A DNA stretch of 64,000 bases, taken from contig OU015568.1 in assembly GCA_907165135.1 (NCBI GenBank), forward strand, positions 1,302,001 to 1,366,000, written 5' to 3'. Shown piece after piece: positions 35,497-47,915 of the stretch. Within the stretch, counting starts at the first letter, position 1, and the number at the start of each line of letters is the position of its first letter. Position numbers and translations under genes: made by a program. Source of the DNA: Oikopleura dioica. Its lineage: Eukaryota; Animalia; Chordata. The notes beneath the pieces were generated by a model that was given only the letters and a program-made list of their open reading frames with translations, ran no database searches and was not told where the DNA came from.

Positions 35497-37022
35497 TTAT
35501 CGAACGTTTGAGAAATCGTCGCGGCCAGATGTTGAAATAAGGCCAGCTGTAACTATTTCTACGCCTCGATCGCCGAGTTTATATAACACTTCTTTTTTCG
35601 ATTCTTCGTCAGGTCGGATGACGGTTATTTTTCCAGTCACATCACTAGTGATAAAAGTAAATTGGGAAATCGATAGCGAATTGGGCCTTTTAAGGTGTAT
35701 CGAAGGGGTCTCAAAAAGAATAAAAAGGTACCTCGCTAGTCCAGTCTTCAAATTCTGCAAAATGACCACTTGGTCAGAATTGTGCGCCCAATATCTCGCG
35801 AAATTTTCGTCCTCTTTTTCACTTTTTCTCGGCGTCAAACTAACACACAATCTCCTAAAAAGAGCGAATAGATATTATTTGGTCCGAGGAAACGTTGTCT
35901 GTAATACCCTCTAATCTTTCTGAAATCGATCACGTGTTCAATTGATCGTTCAAAAAGAAGAAGAGCTCAACTCAGGCTCCCGAAGGAACCTGTCACGCAT
36001 TTTTTAATTATTGAGAGTTTTAATAACTCAATTCAGTAGCGACTGCGTGGAGCACCAAAAATATTGAATAATTTCAATAAGTACCAAGCAGGCTAGTTTC
36101 ATTTCACAAAGAAATGAAACAAAAAGACTTCTTTGTCTTAGAAACTAAGATTAATTTTTACCTTTCACTGTCGATAAGTCGGTCAATAAAAGCCCTTAAT
36201 TTGAGGTATTTATCATCTGTTTCAGGAAGAAGGCTGCAAACAATATCTTTTACAAGGAATTTTCATCTTGAAAAGAGGGGTCACAAAAATTTACCGGGTC
36301 ATAAAGATACCAATAAAGCCCCCCCAGACAGCTTATTGGGCCCAAAAATAATAGACAGTAGACCAAGATTTAGCCAGAAAATTCCTTTCCTAATCCATCA
36401 AGCACAACAAAGTCTTTCTCCGCAAAGCTGCTCACTAATTTCTCGATTGCTTCCAATAGATCTTGCTCTGAATCGCAAAGCTCCGCCCCATTTACAAATG
36501 AGACTTTGCAGGAATTGGAGTTGGAGTTGTTGCCTAAATGAAAAAGCAATTTACAAACGCCAATTTGAACCTTTTCAATTTCAACTCTTTTTTCTTTCGA
36601 TTTTTCTTTTAGTTACCTGCACTTGACTTTTGATTCTTCTCATTTGATTTTAAAGTTGAATTCGCTGCGGTAATGGTGAATTTGGAGAAGTTGCATCGCT
36701 CGGCTGCCTACTGGAGTCGTGGAAATAAATAAGGCATTCAGAAAAAGGGGTGAAAACCGCACCTTGCTCCAGGCTGATTGGAAGTCCACAAATGAGATGA
36801 TTCTTGCGCTGTTGCCAAGTTCAATCGCTCTTTGTACTCGAGCAAGAAGCGCTTTTAGGGTTTATTTTATCTGGCACTAGTTTATCGAATTAAATCTGTT
36901 TCATAATAAATAATTACAGTTACAGTAACTTATTATAAATCCTTTCCGAAACGACTAGTCTGCATTGGCGAAGTACAAATGAACAGCTCATTCTCAACAA
37001 TATCTCCTAAAGCTGCATCCAT
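35497..37022 (-). CDS. ELP6: Elongator complex protein 6-like
   Basis: YWAHNSDQVVILQNLKTGLAR|DVTGKITV...VLYKLGDRGVEI resembles the ELP6 C-terminus (LAHQSH.IL....L.TG..RDVHG.L...YKI.DK.V); also KDFVVLDGL. Confidence 0.7.
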
Positions 37023-37095
37023 TCTAAATATTTGAAAAGTGAATTTTAAGTATTGCGGACTTGCTATTTTCTAGCACTAGAACTTAAGAAGAGGG

Positions 37096-40000
37096 TTAGA
37101 AGAAGAAAGTATTGTCTGAAGAAAAAGCACCCGCCATTCTGAATTCACTTGGCGTTACAGAAGCGTACAGTCGTTGCGGAAGTTTTGCGCTTACTGGAAC
37201 TGGTCGGTTCACCATCGCGCTAGAATACGATTGAAAAGAGGGAACGAGGTTGTTTTTAATACCGAAGAATGTATTCTCTATTTGATGGGCTGAGATTTAT
37301 CAAAGAATAAGGAGCCTTAGGTGAATTTTCGTCCACTCTGCGGGGCGCCGAATCATTAATCTTTTCAAGTATTATCTTCGCGATTGGTCCTCGTGCAGCT
37401 CCTAAAAACAATTCAAAAGTTCGACCCTTCTACTGCAGACTGTGGCTCACCTTGAATGACTGTTTCCGGGGAGGAGAGGAATGATTTGTTGAAATCTTTG
37501 ACGATTTCTTTGGCGTCTCCCGATTCGGAAAAGTTCAAATCAAGCCAAGTCAGTCTACCCTGGAATGTCTCTACAGTTGACAATTGATCGGCTACATCTT
37601 CGACCGCTAGAATTTAAATTTGAAAGGTTTTACTTGTGATTTTCATTCAGAAACTTACCTTTGATAGATAGAGCATCATGCTGGCACAACTTTACCGTAT
37701 CGCTTATTGGTATCATTTTGAACAAACACGCATCGTCGGAAGGAACATTATTGACCGCAGTAACGAGAGCTTCATGAATGATATTCGGCGCTAGGAATTT
37801 ACATATTCTATCGACATGGAGGCTTTCCAGCTCGGTGAAAATGTCGTTGGCGACAGAAGTGTCATCGAATACCCGTTTTTGCCTTGAAACAGGTTCTGCT
37901 TTTGTTGTTGACCACAGATCCACCCAGTGGTTTCCTAAGAAAGCTGTTATCGAAGATCGGCTTTGTAGTGTTATACGGTATAACTTATACCTGGTAGGGT
38001 CATTCGAGCAGAAAGGCCGTTTTCCGTTGAAAAATCCGTCGGAGAGTGCCACCTCACGAAGTCTTCAAAGACCGCTCCTGGATTAGCAGCTTTGAAGGCG
38101 GACATATCTGATGAAAGCATCGTCGATTGCATCAAAATTCGATTTTCTGCCTTTTCATTCATCAATGCTTCTTGTTGTGCTTCCAACATATCTTCTGTCA
38201 TGGGCGGTGGTTGCTAGTAAAAATGCTAAAATCCAATTGAAAAGGGTTCTTTACCTGAGTGATTGGAATATAAAGAGTTTTGTCCGGGAACTTCAGCAGC
38301 TTCAGGTCCGTTTTCTTCTCCCTCCCTTCTGGAAGATCTTCATTTTTGATCATTTCTTTTGAGTCATCATCTGCATCGAAAAATTCATCATCCGACTCTT
38401 CGTTTGACTCTTCAGAGTCCGCCAAAGATTGCCTCCTCTGTTCAATCGCTGTTTTCGAGAACAACTTGCCCTCGCGAAGCAACTTACATTTGATGCAATA
38501 CTGGATCATTTCAACCTTTTGCTGGAGGAGCGAAAACTGCAGCTGTGGGTGTTTACTTTCAACGCAGGGGAGCAACGTCATACTCTCAAAATGCGATCTC
38601 AGTAGCTCGACGAACTTTCGCCACAGAAGAGCAAAACGAACCCCGACTTCCTTCTCCCCCATCAAAGCGTGGAAGATCGCCAAAGTGAGCTTTTGAACGA
38701 GCGAGTTTCTCGGACAAGACTTCATTTTCTGATCCAACTCTGGGCAGGTAGACCCGAGACCGGTGCTAGAAGGGGTGATCAGATCGTCAGAAAATGTGAC
38801 AGCCATGATGTTTTCGATCTCTTCGAGGATGCGCTTGGATCTGCCTTCGTGCTGAACATTGGAGTCGATAAAACCGGTGATGTTGCCGGTCATTTTATTG
38901 AGATTCACGACTTCAGGTTGGCTGGAAACTTTGTCGAGCGGGTTTTCGGCTTCTGTCGATCCACCTTGACTGTATCCAATTTGAGAGAGGTAAAATCCGA
39001 TCGGCATCGCATCATCCCAGAGCTTCAGGAATGCTCCAAGCGTCGTTGCCATGGACGTTTTCGGGTTATTGTTGTAAACCGGTCGGACTGACCATTGTGG
39101 GGCTTGGAGAGGATCGAGATCGGTATATTCGGGAGTGTCGGACACGAGATCTTCGGAAACGATCGGCCAGGAGCATGATAATTGAAGGAACTCGATGGGA
39201 GAAATCATACAACCCCAAGGAAGAGTTGAGTATTTGCCAATTCGGACGGCTTTGGAAGAAAAAGGGAAGGGAAATTGCACGGCGTAGGTAAGACGAACGG
39301 ATAATTGAACTAAATTTTAAATTAGAGAGAGATTTCAAGATCTTTAGACGCACTAGATGTCCAGAGATATCTCTTGAATTCCAGAGATTTTACTAGATGC
39401 CTAGAGATGTCCGGCAACGTCTAGGATTAATTTTCTACCTGGTAAAGGAATCGGAGAGCGAACTTTAGACTTGAAAACGTGCAACAACGAGCTTAGATTT
39501 GAAATTTCCCAGTGATCAGTTTCCTGTCGCCGGTTAAAATGAACCACATCGAATTCTGTCGAGCAACCACCGCCAACAATCGCTCCAGTAAACATTCCTC
39601 GGTTTTTGTTTTTGATTTCTAGCAAGAAAGGAAGCTCACAGTTTGCGTTGAACAAGGCGAGATTAAGGGCTGATGAGACGGTAGAGATTTCCGATTGATC
39701 CATTAGATTCGTTTCGCTCGGCGTCAGCACTAGAAACGCGCGGAAACTGTACCAAAGCGCGAGTGGATGACCTCTTGGCATGAAATCGTTGCACCTGTCA
39801 CCCAGATCTTCCATTGCTACGGGGATTTGACGCTTGTCTTCTAGGTCTTCTTCCGCCATTTCAAAGCCAGGCTCTTTTTCCTCGATTTGAGCGGCATGGT
39901 ACTCGAGATCGAACGATTTTCCAAGAAACTCGACGCTTTTCGCCTTCTTTGTCCAATTCGCTTGAGCAAGAGCGTTTCTTTCTAGCGCTGGGCCTCGAGT

Positions 40001-40225
40001 GATTGTGTCCGAAAATCAAGTTCAAGCAAAGTTTCAAAAGAAAATTTCGGGGCTAATTTTTGAACTCGTATCTAATCCCCATTGACGAATTTGATCTTCA
40101 AGGAGGGCGACAAACTTTTCCAGCGGACTGGCAGTCGTGTAATCTTCAATTTCGAATATATCCGACTCCGACATTTTATAACCGGCTATCACAACATCTG
40201 GACATTTGTAATTAGACATAGACAT
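37096..40225 (-). CDS. RAB3GAP1: Rab3 GTPase-activating protein catalytic subunit
   Basis: FEIEDYTTASPLEKFV, FMPRGHPLALWY, LQQKVEMIQYCI, LSSDMSAFKAANPGAVFEDFVRWHSP, KRVFDDT, LPQRLYASVTPSEFRMAGAFSSD. Confidence 0.95.
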
Positions 40226-40317
40226 ATCAGATTCGAAGATTATTTATTGCAAAAAGAAGAATAATTGTCATTGAAAATTGAAAATCTGTGAAAACAGACA
40301 AGAAGATGAGCGATTTT

Positions 40318-41300
40318 TCAGGCGCTGATTTCAGAATCTTTTCGTTTTCTCCCTCGGCCAGGTGTTTTTGCGGGCTTGCAAGCTGGACAGAACCATTTTC
40401 CCTTGGGCTTGGAATTGATTCTCACACAACTAAAGAAATCGGCGTGTTACAGATTTTTTGAAAAAGAACAAAAACTGTACCTGAAATGAAACCATCCGTA
40501 CTGGCATTTTGAGCTGTCGCATCCGATCATGTTCCCATAAGAAACCTAAAAGAAGAGGTTGCTTTTTCGATTTCTTCGGGAAAATAGGTCTTTTACCTGT
40601 TGGCAGAAGCAGTAAGTTTCTTCATTCGGGTCGACTGGCTTTGGAATCTTGACTTTCTCTGGCCAAAAGTCTCCCTTCCCTCCCGCTTTTGGCGGTTTTT
40701 CGGACTTGGTTTTGTGCGCTTTTGGGGATATCTCTTTTTTTTCTTTGTGCTCCCTTAATTTTTCTGCTTAGAAGAAGAAAGGGGGTGTTCCTTACTTTTT
40801 TCGTCGGCCTTTGGTTCCGCTAGAAATATGCTTGTAGCTGTGCTTTGGAGAGCTAGCAGAAACAGGAGATGTTAGGGCTTCGATTTTTGGATTTTCTGGG
40901 GACTTTGGTTTTCGTGGAGATGGCTCCAATTTGAGCTCTTCTGTAGCATCATCTGAAAAATTGAAAATAAAAGGAGGTTTGTCTGTCTTCTTACCAAGAA
41001 TCTCTTGAATATTCGCCAAAAGCTCGATTTTCTTATCTCCCAGAGTCTGTAGCGATAGACCAAGTTGTTTGATGCTGTTCACATTTTGCGGCTCATCTTC
41101 TAGCTGCTGTTCTAGCGCGGTTAGGGTCTGGAGAAAGTGGTATTGGACTTGGCGGAAAGTCGAAACACTCGTTTGTATCTTCACTGTGTCCTATGTTCAT
41201 CAAAACTGGCAGAAATGAGTCAGAAAGAATCAATTTACTTAGCATATCTTTAGTACTAGTTGCGCAAATAGCAAAAAACTCGAGTAGGAAAAATCTGCAA
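40318..41300 (-). CDS. ING-family PHD finger protein (start uncertain)
   Basis: [50 protein letters not shown]...KPKGKWFCPAC. Confidence 0.9.
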
Positions 41301-41344
41301 AGGGGTAGGAAAAAATCAAAAATACCGAATCCCGTTCTGAAATT

Positions 41345-42099
41345 ATGCCGCTTTTTGGAAAGAAAAAGAGTATAAAAGACAAAGAACGAGATCAAAAAAG
41401 GTTAATTGGAGATTTTTAACGATAAAAATAATTTTAAGTGAATTTCGAAAAGCTAAAAGGGAGATAGAAAGAACGAGGCAAAGCCTGAATAATGGTAGTA
41501 TAAACGATCGTTTTCCTCAATATAATTTATTTTAGACGAGAAAAAAGCCCTCGCTGAAGCAAAAAAAGCAGCGAAACTTGGCCACAAAGACGTGGCAAAA
41601 ATCCATGCAAAAGAAGTGGTCCGTATTCGGAAGCAACGAACACGAAGCTACACCGCTGGTGCTCAAATGAGCTCGCTGCAGAATCAAATGAAGGTGATGG
41701 AGGCAAACAATCGAATGGCAAAAGCGATGGGTGCTTCGGCGAAATCCATGGGGCAGATGAATAAGGGCATGAAGGGGATGCAGAAAGAAATGGAGGTAGC
41801 CTCTTTTGTACCCTTTTCGGCATGTCCTTTATTTTTAGAAATTCAAAGAGCAAGCCCTAATCATGGAAAACACTGATGATCTTCTGAACGATGCGATCGA
41901 CTCTGCTCTTGGTGATGGCCCCGATTCGGATCAAGAAGTCAACGACGTTCTTGGCAAGATCTTCGGAGAACTGGATCTCGAAGTCGGAGGAAATATGCCC
42001 GTCCTACCGGGCCACAACCCTGCATTATCGACTGCGAGTACTCAGCCGCCCAATTTAGATGATTCGGATGAAGAAAATCCTTACGATTCAAGAAGATAA
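41345..42099 (+). CDS. CHMP2B: Divergent CHMP2B-like ESCRT-III paralog 1
   Basis: MPLFGKKKS, AKIHAKEVVRIRKQRTRSY, MAKAMGASAKSMGQMNK, LLNDAIDSALG...VLGKIFGELDLEVGG; acidic C-terminus. Confidence 0.8.
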
Positions 42100-42806
42100 A
42101 ACCAACAATAAATATTTACCGTTCTGATTTTAAATAAATTATCTTCAATATCTGAAAACCCTTTTTTCCGACAAAGAAGACCATAACACCAGAGATAGTT
42201 ATTTTCTTCAAATAAAAATTTATAATAAACTCTTATGAATATTTTAAATGCAACGACTTGAATATCACACTTCAGCCACCACTGGAAATAAATTTTTAAC
42301 AAGCACATAACAAAATTTTTATGTCTGATATCTACTGACTTTGATAAAAATAAGATGAGAATTTCTATGAACATTTCCTGGCACAACTTCCATCGTTTCT
42401 ATCCATTCTTCAATTTTCTCCAAATCCATTCTCCGAAATTCGTTTTTCAAAAAATCGTTCTTCAAATTTCTGCTCTTTTATCAATTTTCTTTCTTCTGAA
42501 AATTCCTTTCGCCAGCTCTCTTATTCTTTTTTTTTCTTTTTCTGGTGGGAAAATGCTTCTGAATGGCTGAAAAAGCTGATAATTGATTATTTCTTGATTT
42601 TTCGAAATGAAAATTGCGGCGCGGCGGGTTTGCGCGAGGCCGTGTCAATTTGAAATTGACGAGAAAATAGTGACTCACTGAAACCATGAATCTTTCCCCT
42701 TTTTATTCACTCGCTTATTCTCGCGCTGCTCAACTCGATTTTCAACAATTTCAGAAATAGAGAAGACTGACCAGAATTTGAAAAGGAGGAAGAAATAAAG
42801 AAAAAA

Positions 42807-43986
42807 ATGCCGCTTTTTGGAAAGAAAAAGACGATTGAGCAGGAGCTCAAAGAAGGAGACAGGTGATTTATTTCTGCTGGATGAAATCCTCGATTTTAAA
42901 TCTAGAATAAAAGGTTGCCCTGTGTGTAGATCAATTGATTATTAAATTCGACTAAATTCGCCAGAACTTTGGAAAATAATTTTATTTTGACAGAAAGAAG
43001 CCCGTGATTCTTGTGTTCATTTTATCATCTAGAACCACATTCTTACTTTCTTCATTTAGGCAAATGAGAAGAACCAACAGAGGCCTGGAACGAGATCGAG
43101 CTCAACTAGAAAAAGGTAAACCACCTTCAACCCTTCTTCTTCCAACAAAGCAATTCTAGAGGAGAAGAAACTCGAAGCCGAAATCAAACGCGCCGCCAAG
43201 CAAGGAAATAAAGATGCCTGCAAAGTCCTGGCGAAACAGCTCGTCAACTTACGAAAACAGAAAACGCGAAGTTATGCTGCTGGTGCTAAAATGAGTTCCA
43301 TGCAAGGTAAGATCTTCGTTTCGTCCGTAATCGACCGTTTTTCAGCTCAAACGAAAATAATGCATACAAACACCAAGATGGCTCAGAGCATGGCGACGAC
43401 TACGAAAACGATGTCGAAGATGAACGCAAAGATGGATCCGCAGAAGGTCGCAAAAACGATGCAGGTCAGGTTTTAGTGATGGTTTGGTTTTCAAGAGGTT
43501 TTTAAGCAATTCGAAAAGGAGAGTATGAAATTTGACATGTCGGAAGAAATGATGAATGATGCTATTGAATCAGGAATGGGCTGAAGTAGATTTTTGAAAA
43601 CTTGATCGTTTCGGCAAACACCATAAATTTTATCCTGGCATTGATTTTAATGTTGAAAAAATCTGTTATTTGTCGTTAAAATGATTCTGGGCCAAAGACA
43701 ATCAACTTGTAGTTTAGCAGGACTAAATACTTGTCTTTTATGCAGCACAAAATACGCCTATATTCACATTTTAAAGATTTTCTCTATTTCAGCCGAAAAA
43801 GCTCTTGGCGAATCAGGCGACGAAGAAGAAACTGATGCCATTCTCGGCCAGGTTCTGAGCGAAATCGGTATCGAAATGGGCGGCCAACTTGCTCAAGCTC
43901 CAGCTGCTCCATCTTCCGCCCAAGCTGAAAGCTCCGGCGTAACCGATGCTGAAATCGAAGCCCAACTCAAAGCCCTTGGAATTTAA
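42807..43986 (+). CDS. CHMP2B: Canonical CHMP2B ESCRT-III subunit (paralog 2)
   Basis: MPLFGKKKT, GNKDACKVLAKQLVNLRKQKTRSY, MDPQKVAKTMQ, ILGQVLSEIGIE, EIEAQLKALGI*. Confidence 0.93.
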
Positions 43987-44198
43987 ACACTTCTTTGCAT
44001 TCCTCCATGCTCACTTACTTCCGCTTCTAAAGTTCTACTAATCAACCAATTTCAAACTCGAACAGATTCTTACTTTCTCCATGTAATCCAAAGACATTTT
44101 GGACCCTTTTCTTCTAACTGAAATCAACAGAAAAAAGCCTTTACTGCAATCCTTCTTCTGAAAAAATATTCTTTCAACGAACCTCGTGGCTCAGAAAA

Positions 44199-44316
44199 AA
44201 CCTGTGTAAAAACCTTAGTCAGGGTGCCTAAAGGGAATCAATCAAAAGCCGCACCGCTTATTTGGATCCCGGCGTAGCCGCTTCGTGGGACCCTGACTCA
44301 GGTTTCTGCACAGGTT
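44199..44316. mobile_element. Tiny palindromic MITE-like element
   Basis: AACCTGTGTAAAAACCTTAGTCAGGGT ... ACCCTGACTCAGGTTTCTGCACAGGTT (27-bp imperfect TIR). Confidence 0.7.
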
Positions 44317-44364
44317 GCCGAGGCCTGTCGACCCTCCCTTGCAATTTTTCTTTCAGAAAGAAAG

Positions 44365-44724
44365 ATGCTTGGATTCGCATTCATCCTGAAAACCTTCAAA
44401 AAGCTGAACGAATTGGAACTCGACCTGAAATTCCTTGAATGGAGCCCGCTCAACATTATATTGCTTTATCTCTTTATTGGAACTGCTTCACTTGGATTCC
44501 TGGCGAAAAGAGCTTTCGGCAAAAAGACGGAAGAAGAAGGAAAAAGAGCGGAGAAGTATTTTCCAAAAGGAATGGAAGAAATGATCGGGAAGATTTTTAT
44601 CGAAGACGCATTGAAGGAACTGATGCTGGATGTTGAAAGCGTTAGTTGCAATATTTTGAAAGAGAAGAGCAAAAATGAAGATAGACTAAAACTGCAAATT
44701 CTCAATTGCAAGCTTCAAAGGTAA
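44365..44724 (+). CDS. Hypothetical 119-aa protein with one hydrophobic segment
   Basis: Open ORF with NIILLYLFIGTASLGFLA; acceptor-like TTTCTTTCAG just upstream; AATAAA just after the stop. Confidence 0.45.
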   Translation: MLGFAFILKTFKKLNELELDLKFLEWSPLNIILLYLFIGTASLGFLAKRAFGKKTEEEGKRAEKYFPKGMEEMIGKIFIEDALKELMLDVESVSCNILKEKSKNEDRLKLQILNCKLQR

Positions 44725-45554
44725 ATCAATAAAAAGCTGTCTCCAACTATATCTGAATGTCTCTAGTTGCCCCTAGAACTTACGGATAAATAAGGGTCAT
44801 AAATCTTAGTCTACTATAGGGTCGGCAAAAAAAAATTTTTTCCCTCAAATCGCTCTGAAACTACCAGCATCTGATTCGCGATGGTCAAAAACCTCTCTCA
44901 AACAAATATCACTCATATCCGACATCATCGTCGCCAGTGAGGTCGAAATTTTAAAAAGTTGGGACTTTCTCAGGGGGAAGACACTTCAAAAATTCAAATT
45001 CACTATAGAACAGTCTTGTATTTTTTATCTGATATCAGAATATGAAAGAACAGGGTCGAATTTATATATCAAAAATAGAAAAATCGATTTGATCAGAATT
45101 AACCGTCAATTCCGTAGGTGTATTTTGTCACATGCTCATTATATTGTATTAAAAAGTTGCCTTTGGTTCAAAATATCTCCTTCAAACTTGTTGTGCCTTT
45201 CCAAAATCTGATATGTCTAGTTAACACAGACACTTGACAAGATTTTTGCACTTCCAGAATTTTAATTCACCGTGGGAATCTTTTTTAATTGCTGTTTAAA
45301 TAAATTAAGAAAGAAATAATGAAGAAATTTCAAAATTGATAACTTTCAATATTTGCATCCTATGATGACAATCAATAGTTATTCTTAACGCCTATGAATA
45401 AGAGAATTTTCTGAGATGATTTTTTTGAACCAACCGGTTATTCTAGTGCGGTTCGTCGCGGTTCATTCCCAAAAACTCATGAATATGGAGTAATATGTAT
45501 ATCAAATTAATTGTTATTTGATAACAAGGTCTAAAAACACATCTTAACACCCAA

Positions 45555-47915
45555 CCGCCAGAATATGGCCATCTATGGTCGACTTTGGTCAAATTCGGCC
45601 GGAGGACCCCCAAAGGACCTCCCTGGTGGAAGACCATCCGCTTGAAGACCAATATTTAAAACTTTCAATATATGGCCGTGCTCCGCCAGTATATGGCCAT
45701 CTATGGTCGACTTTGGTCAAGTTCGGCCGGAGGACCCCCAAAGGACCTCCCTGGTGGAAGACCATCCGCTTGAAGACCAATATTTAAAACTTCAATATAT
45801 GGCCGTGCTCGGCCAGTATATGGCCACCTATGGTCAACTTTAGTCAAGTTCGGGCGGAGGACCTCCCTGGTGGAAGGCAAACAGCTGGAAGACCAAGATT
45901 AAATAATGAAATAAAATGCTTTGCTGGGCTAAGAATTGACACTTTCGGTAAACGTTGGTCACTTTATGCCGGATGACCAACATTTAAAAAAATAATTTTT
46001 ATTAATTGAATATAATATAAATTAAAAAAATAATCACAGTCAATTCAGTGATGAAGCGGGTCACGCCTTTTTAATCTACTCAATCAGAGTCAGGACGAAG
46101 CCCACCCGAAAGGGAGGCCACGCCCGTTCATTCTTTTCAATCAGAGTCAGGGCGAAGCCGACCCGAAGGGAAGGCCACGCCCGTTCATTCTTTTCAATCA
46201 GAGTCAGGGCGAAGCCGACCCGAAGGGGAGGCCACGCCCGTTCATTCTGGTCAACCAGAGAAAGGGCGAATCCGACCCGAAGGGGAGGACAAGCCCGTTC
46301 ACTATTTTCAATCAGAATCACGGCGAAGCCGACCCGAAGTGGAGGCATCGCCCGTTCATTCTGTTCAACCAGAGTAAGGGCGAAGCCGACCCGAAGGGGA
46401 GGACACGCCCGTTCACTCTTTTCAATCAGAGTCAGGGCGAAGCCGACCCGAAGAATAGGCATCGCCCGTTCATTTTGTTCAACCAGAGAAAGAGCGAAGC
46501 CGACCCGAATGGGGAAGCCACGTCCGTTCATTTGATTTAGTCTGAGTTGGGGCAAGGGTTCTCTCTTCAAACATTTCAAGAACCCGAAGATTTCGAGATT
46601 CTCCAAGAGTCTTTCGAATCATCCGGGAGGTTTTGAACAGATTAAATATACTGGATTCCCAAAAGTTCGAAAATTCAAGAAAACGTTAGCGAACCAGAAA
46701 AGACCTATTTAATCCTTTTCGCCCTGACTCTGATTGAATAGAATGATAAGGTTTGGCCTACCTTTCGGAATTGGCTTCGCCCTAATTCTTATTCAAAAGC
46801 AGGGCTGGCAAATTATGGTCCCGCCAGCCGCACTAATTTGAGTTAGAACCCTATTGTTAGAACCCTAACTCTTATTTTATAACTTTTTAGTACGAGTAGT
46901 ACGAGTAGAGAAAAGCCGCACTAAAATCGTCCTAAAAGAGGCGCGCGCTTATTGGTCCGCCAATCATGGCGGGTCATTCGTTTTTCTCATCCATTCAGCT
47001 CCATTCTTTTTTCAATCTTCCACCAATTTGTCCTCCGCGCCTGGTGGGAAGCGCGCGCCGATTGGATGATGAAAAAGAGCCTCATAAATAGTACGGTTAG
47101 GGCGGCGATTCAGTCCTAATAGACGAAAAAATATCAAGGAAGAAAAATAGGACGGGTAGGACGGGGATGCCGCACTAATTCGCACTAATTTTGAGTTAGA
47201 ACCCTAACAATTTTTCGGTAGTGCGGCTGGTAGGACCCTAATTTGCCAGCCCTGTTCAAAAGAATGATCGTGCTTGGCCTCTCCTTCCGGTCGGCTTCGC
47301 CCTGACTCTAATTTAAAAGAATGAACGGGCGTTGCCTTCCCATCGGGTCGGCTTCACCCTGACTCTTATTGAAAAGAATTAACGGGCGTTGCCTCCCCTT
47401 CGGGTCGGCTTCGCCCTGACTCTGATTGAAAAGAATGAACGGGCGTGGCCTCCCCCTTGGGTCGGCGTGGCCGGCTTTATCACTGAATTCACTGTGATGG
47501 ATTTTTTATTTTTCAATTTATATAATATTAAATAAATAAAATTATTTTTTATTAATTTATTTTTTATTAAATTATTTTTTTAAATGTTGGTCATCCAGTA
47601 GATTGTATTCCGGCAGTAGGGATTCTCTGGGGGTCCTACGGCATAAAGTGATCAAAGTTTACCGAAAGCGTCAATTCTTAGCCCAGCAAAGCACTTTATT
47701 TCATTATTTAATTTTGGTCTTCCAGCTGATGGTCTTCCACCAGAGAGGTCCTCCGGCCGAACTTGACCATAGGTAGCCATATACTGGCCGAGCACGGCCA
47801 TATATTGAAAATTTTCAATATTGGTCTTCAAGCGGATGGACTTCCATCAGGGAGGTGCTCCGGCGGTCCTCCGGCCGAACTTGACCAAAGTCGACCATAG
47901 ATGGCCATATTCTGG
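45555..47915. repeat. Long inverted repeat with arms of ~1 kb and ~0.65 kb, each containing ~127-bp and ~60-bp tandem subrepeats
   Basis: ATATGGCCATCTATGGTCGACTTTGGTCAAGTTCGGCCGGAGGACC mirrored near 47865-47910. AT-rich spacer mirrored (45900-46050 vs 47480-47715). GCGAAGCCGACCCGAAGGGGAGGCCACGCCCG units at 46075-46530 mirrored at 47270-47470. Confidence 0.9.
46800..47254. mobile_element. hAT-type MITE with 8-bp TSD TTCAAAAG in the centre of the palindrome
   Basis: TTCAAAAG|CAGGGCTGGCAAATTA ... TAATTTGCCAGCCCTG|TTCAAAAG. Confidence 0.92.

Noticed and set aside
46075-46606. 176-aa ORF with repeated PPLRVGFALTLIE units
   Set aside because: It is a translation of the ~60-bp non-coding repeat; the same motif is read in both orientations elsewhere.
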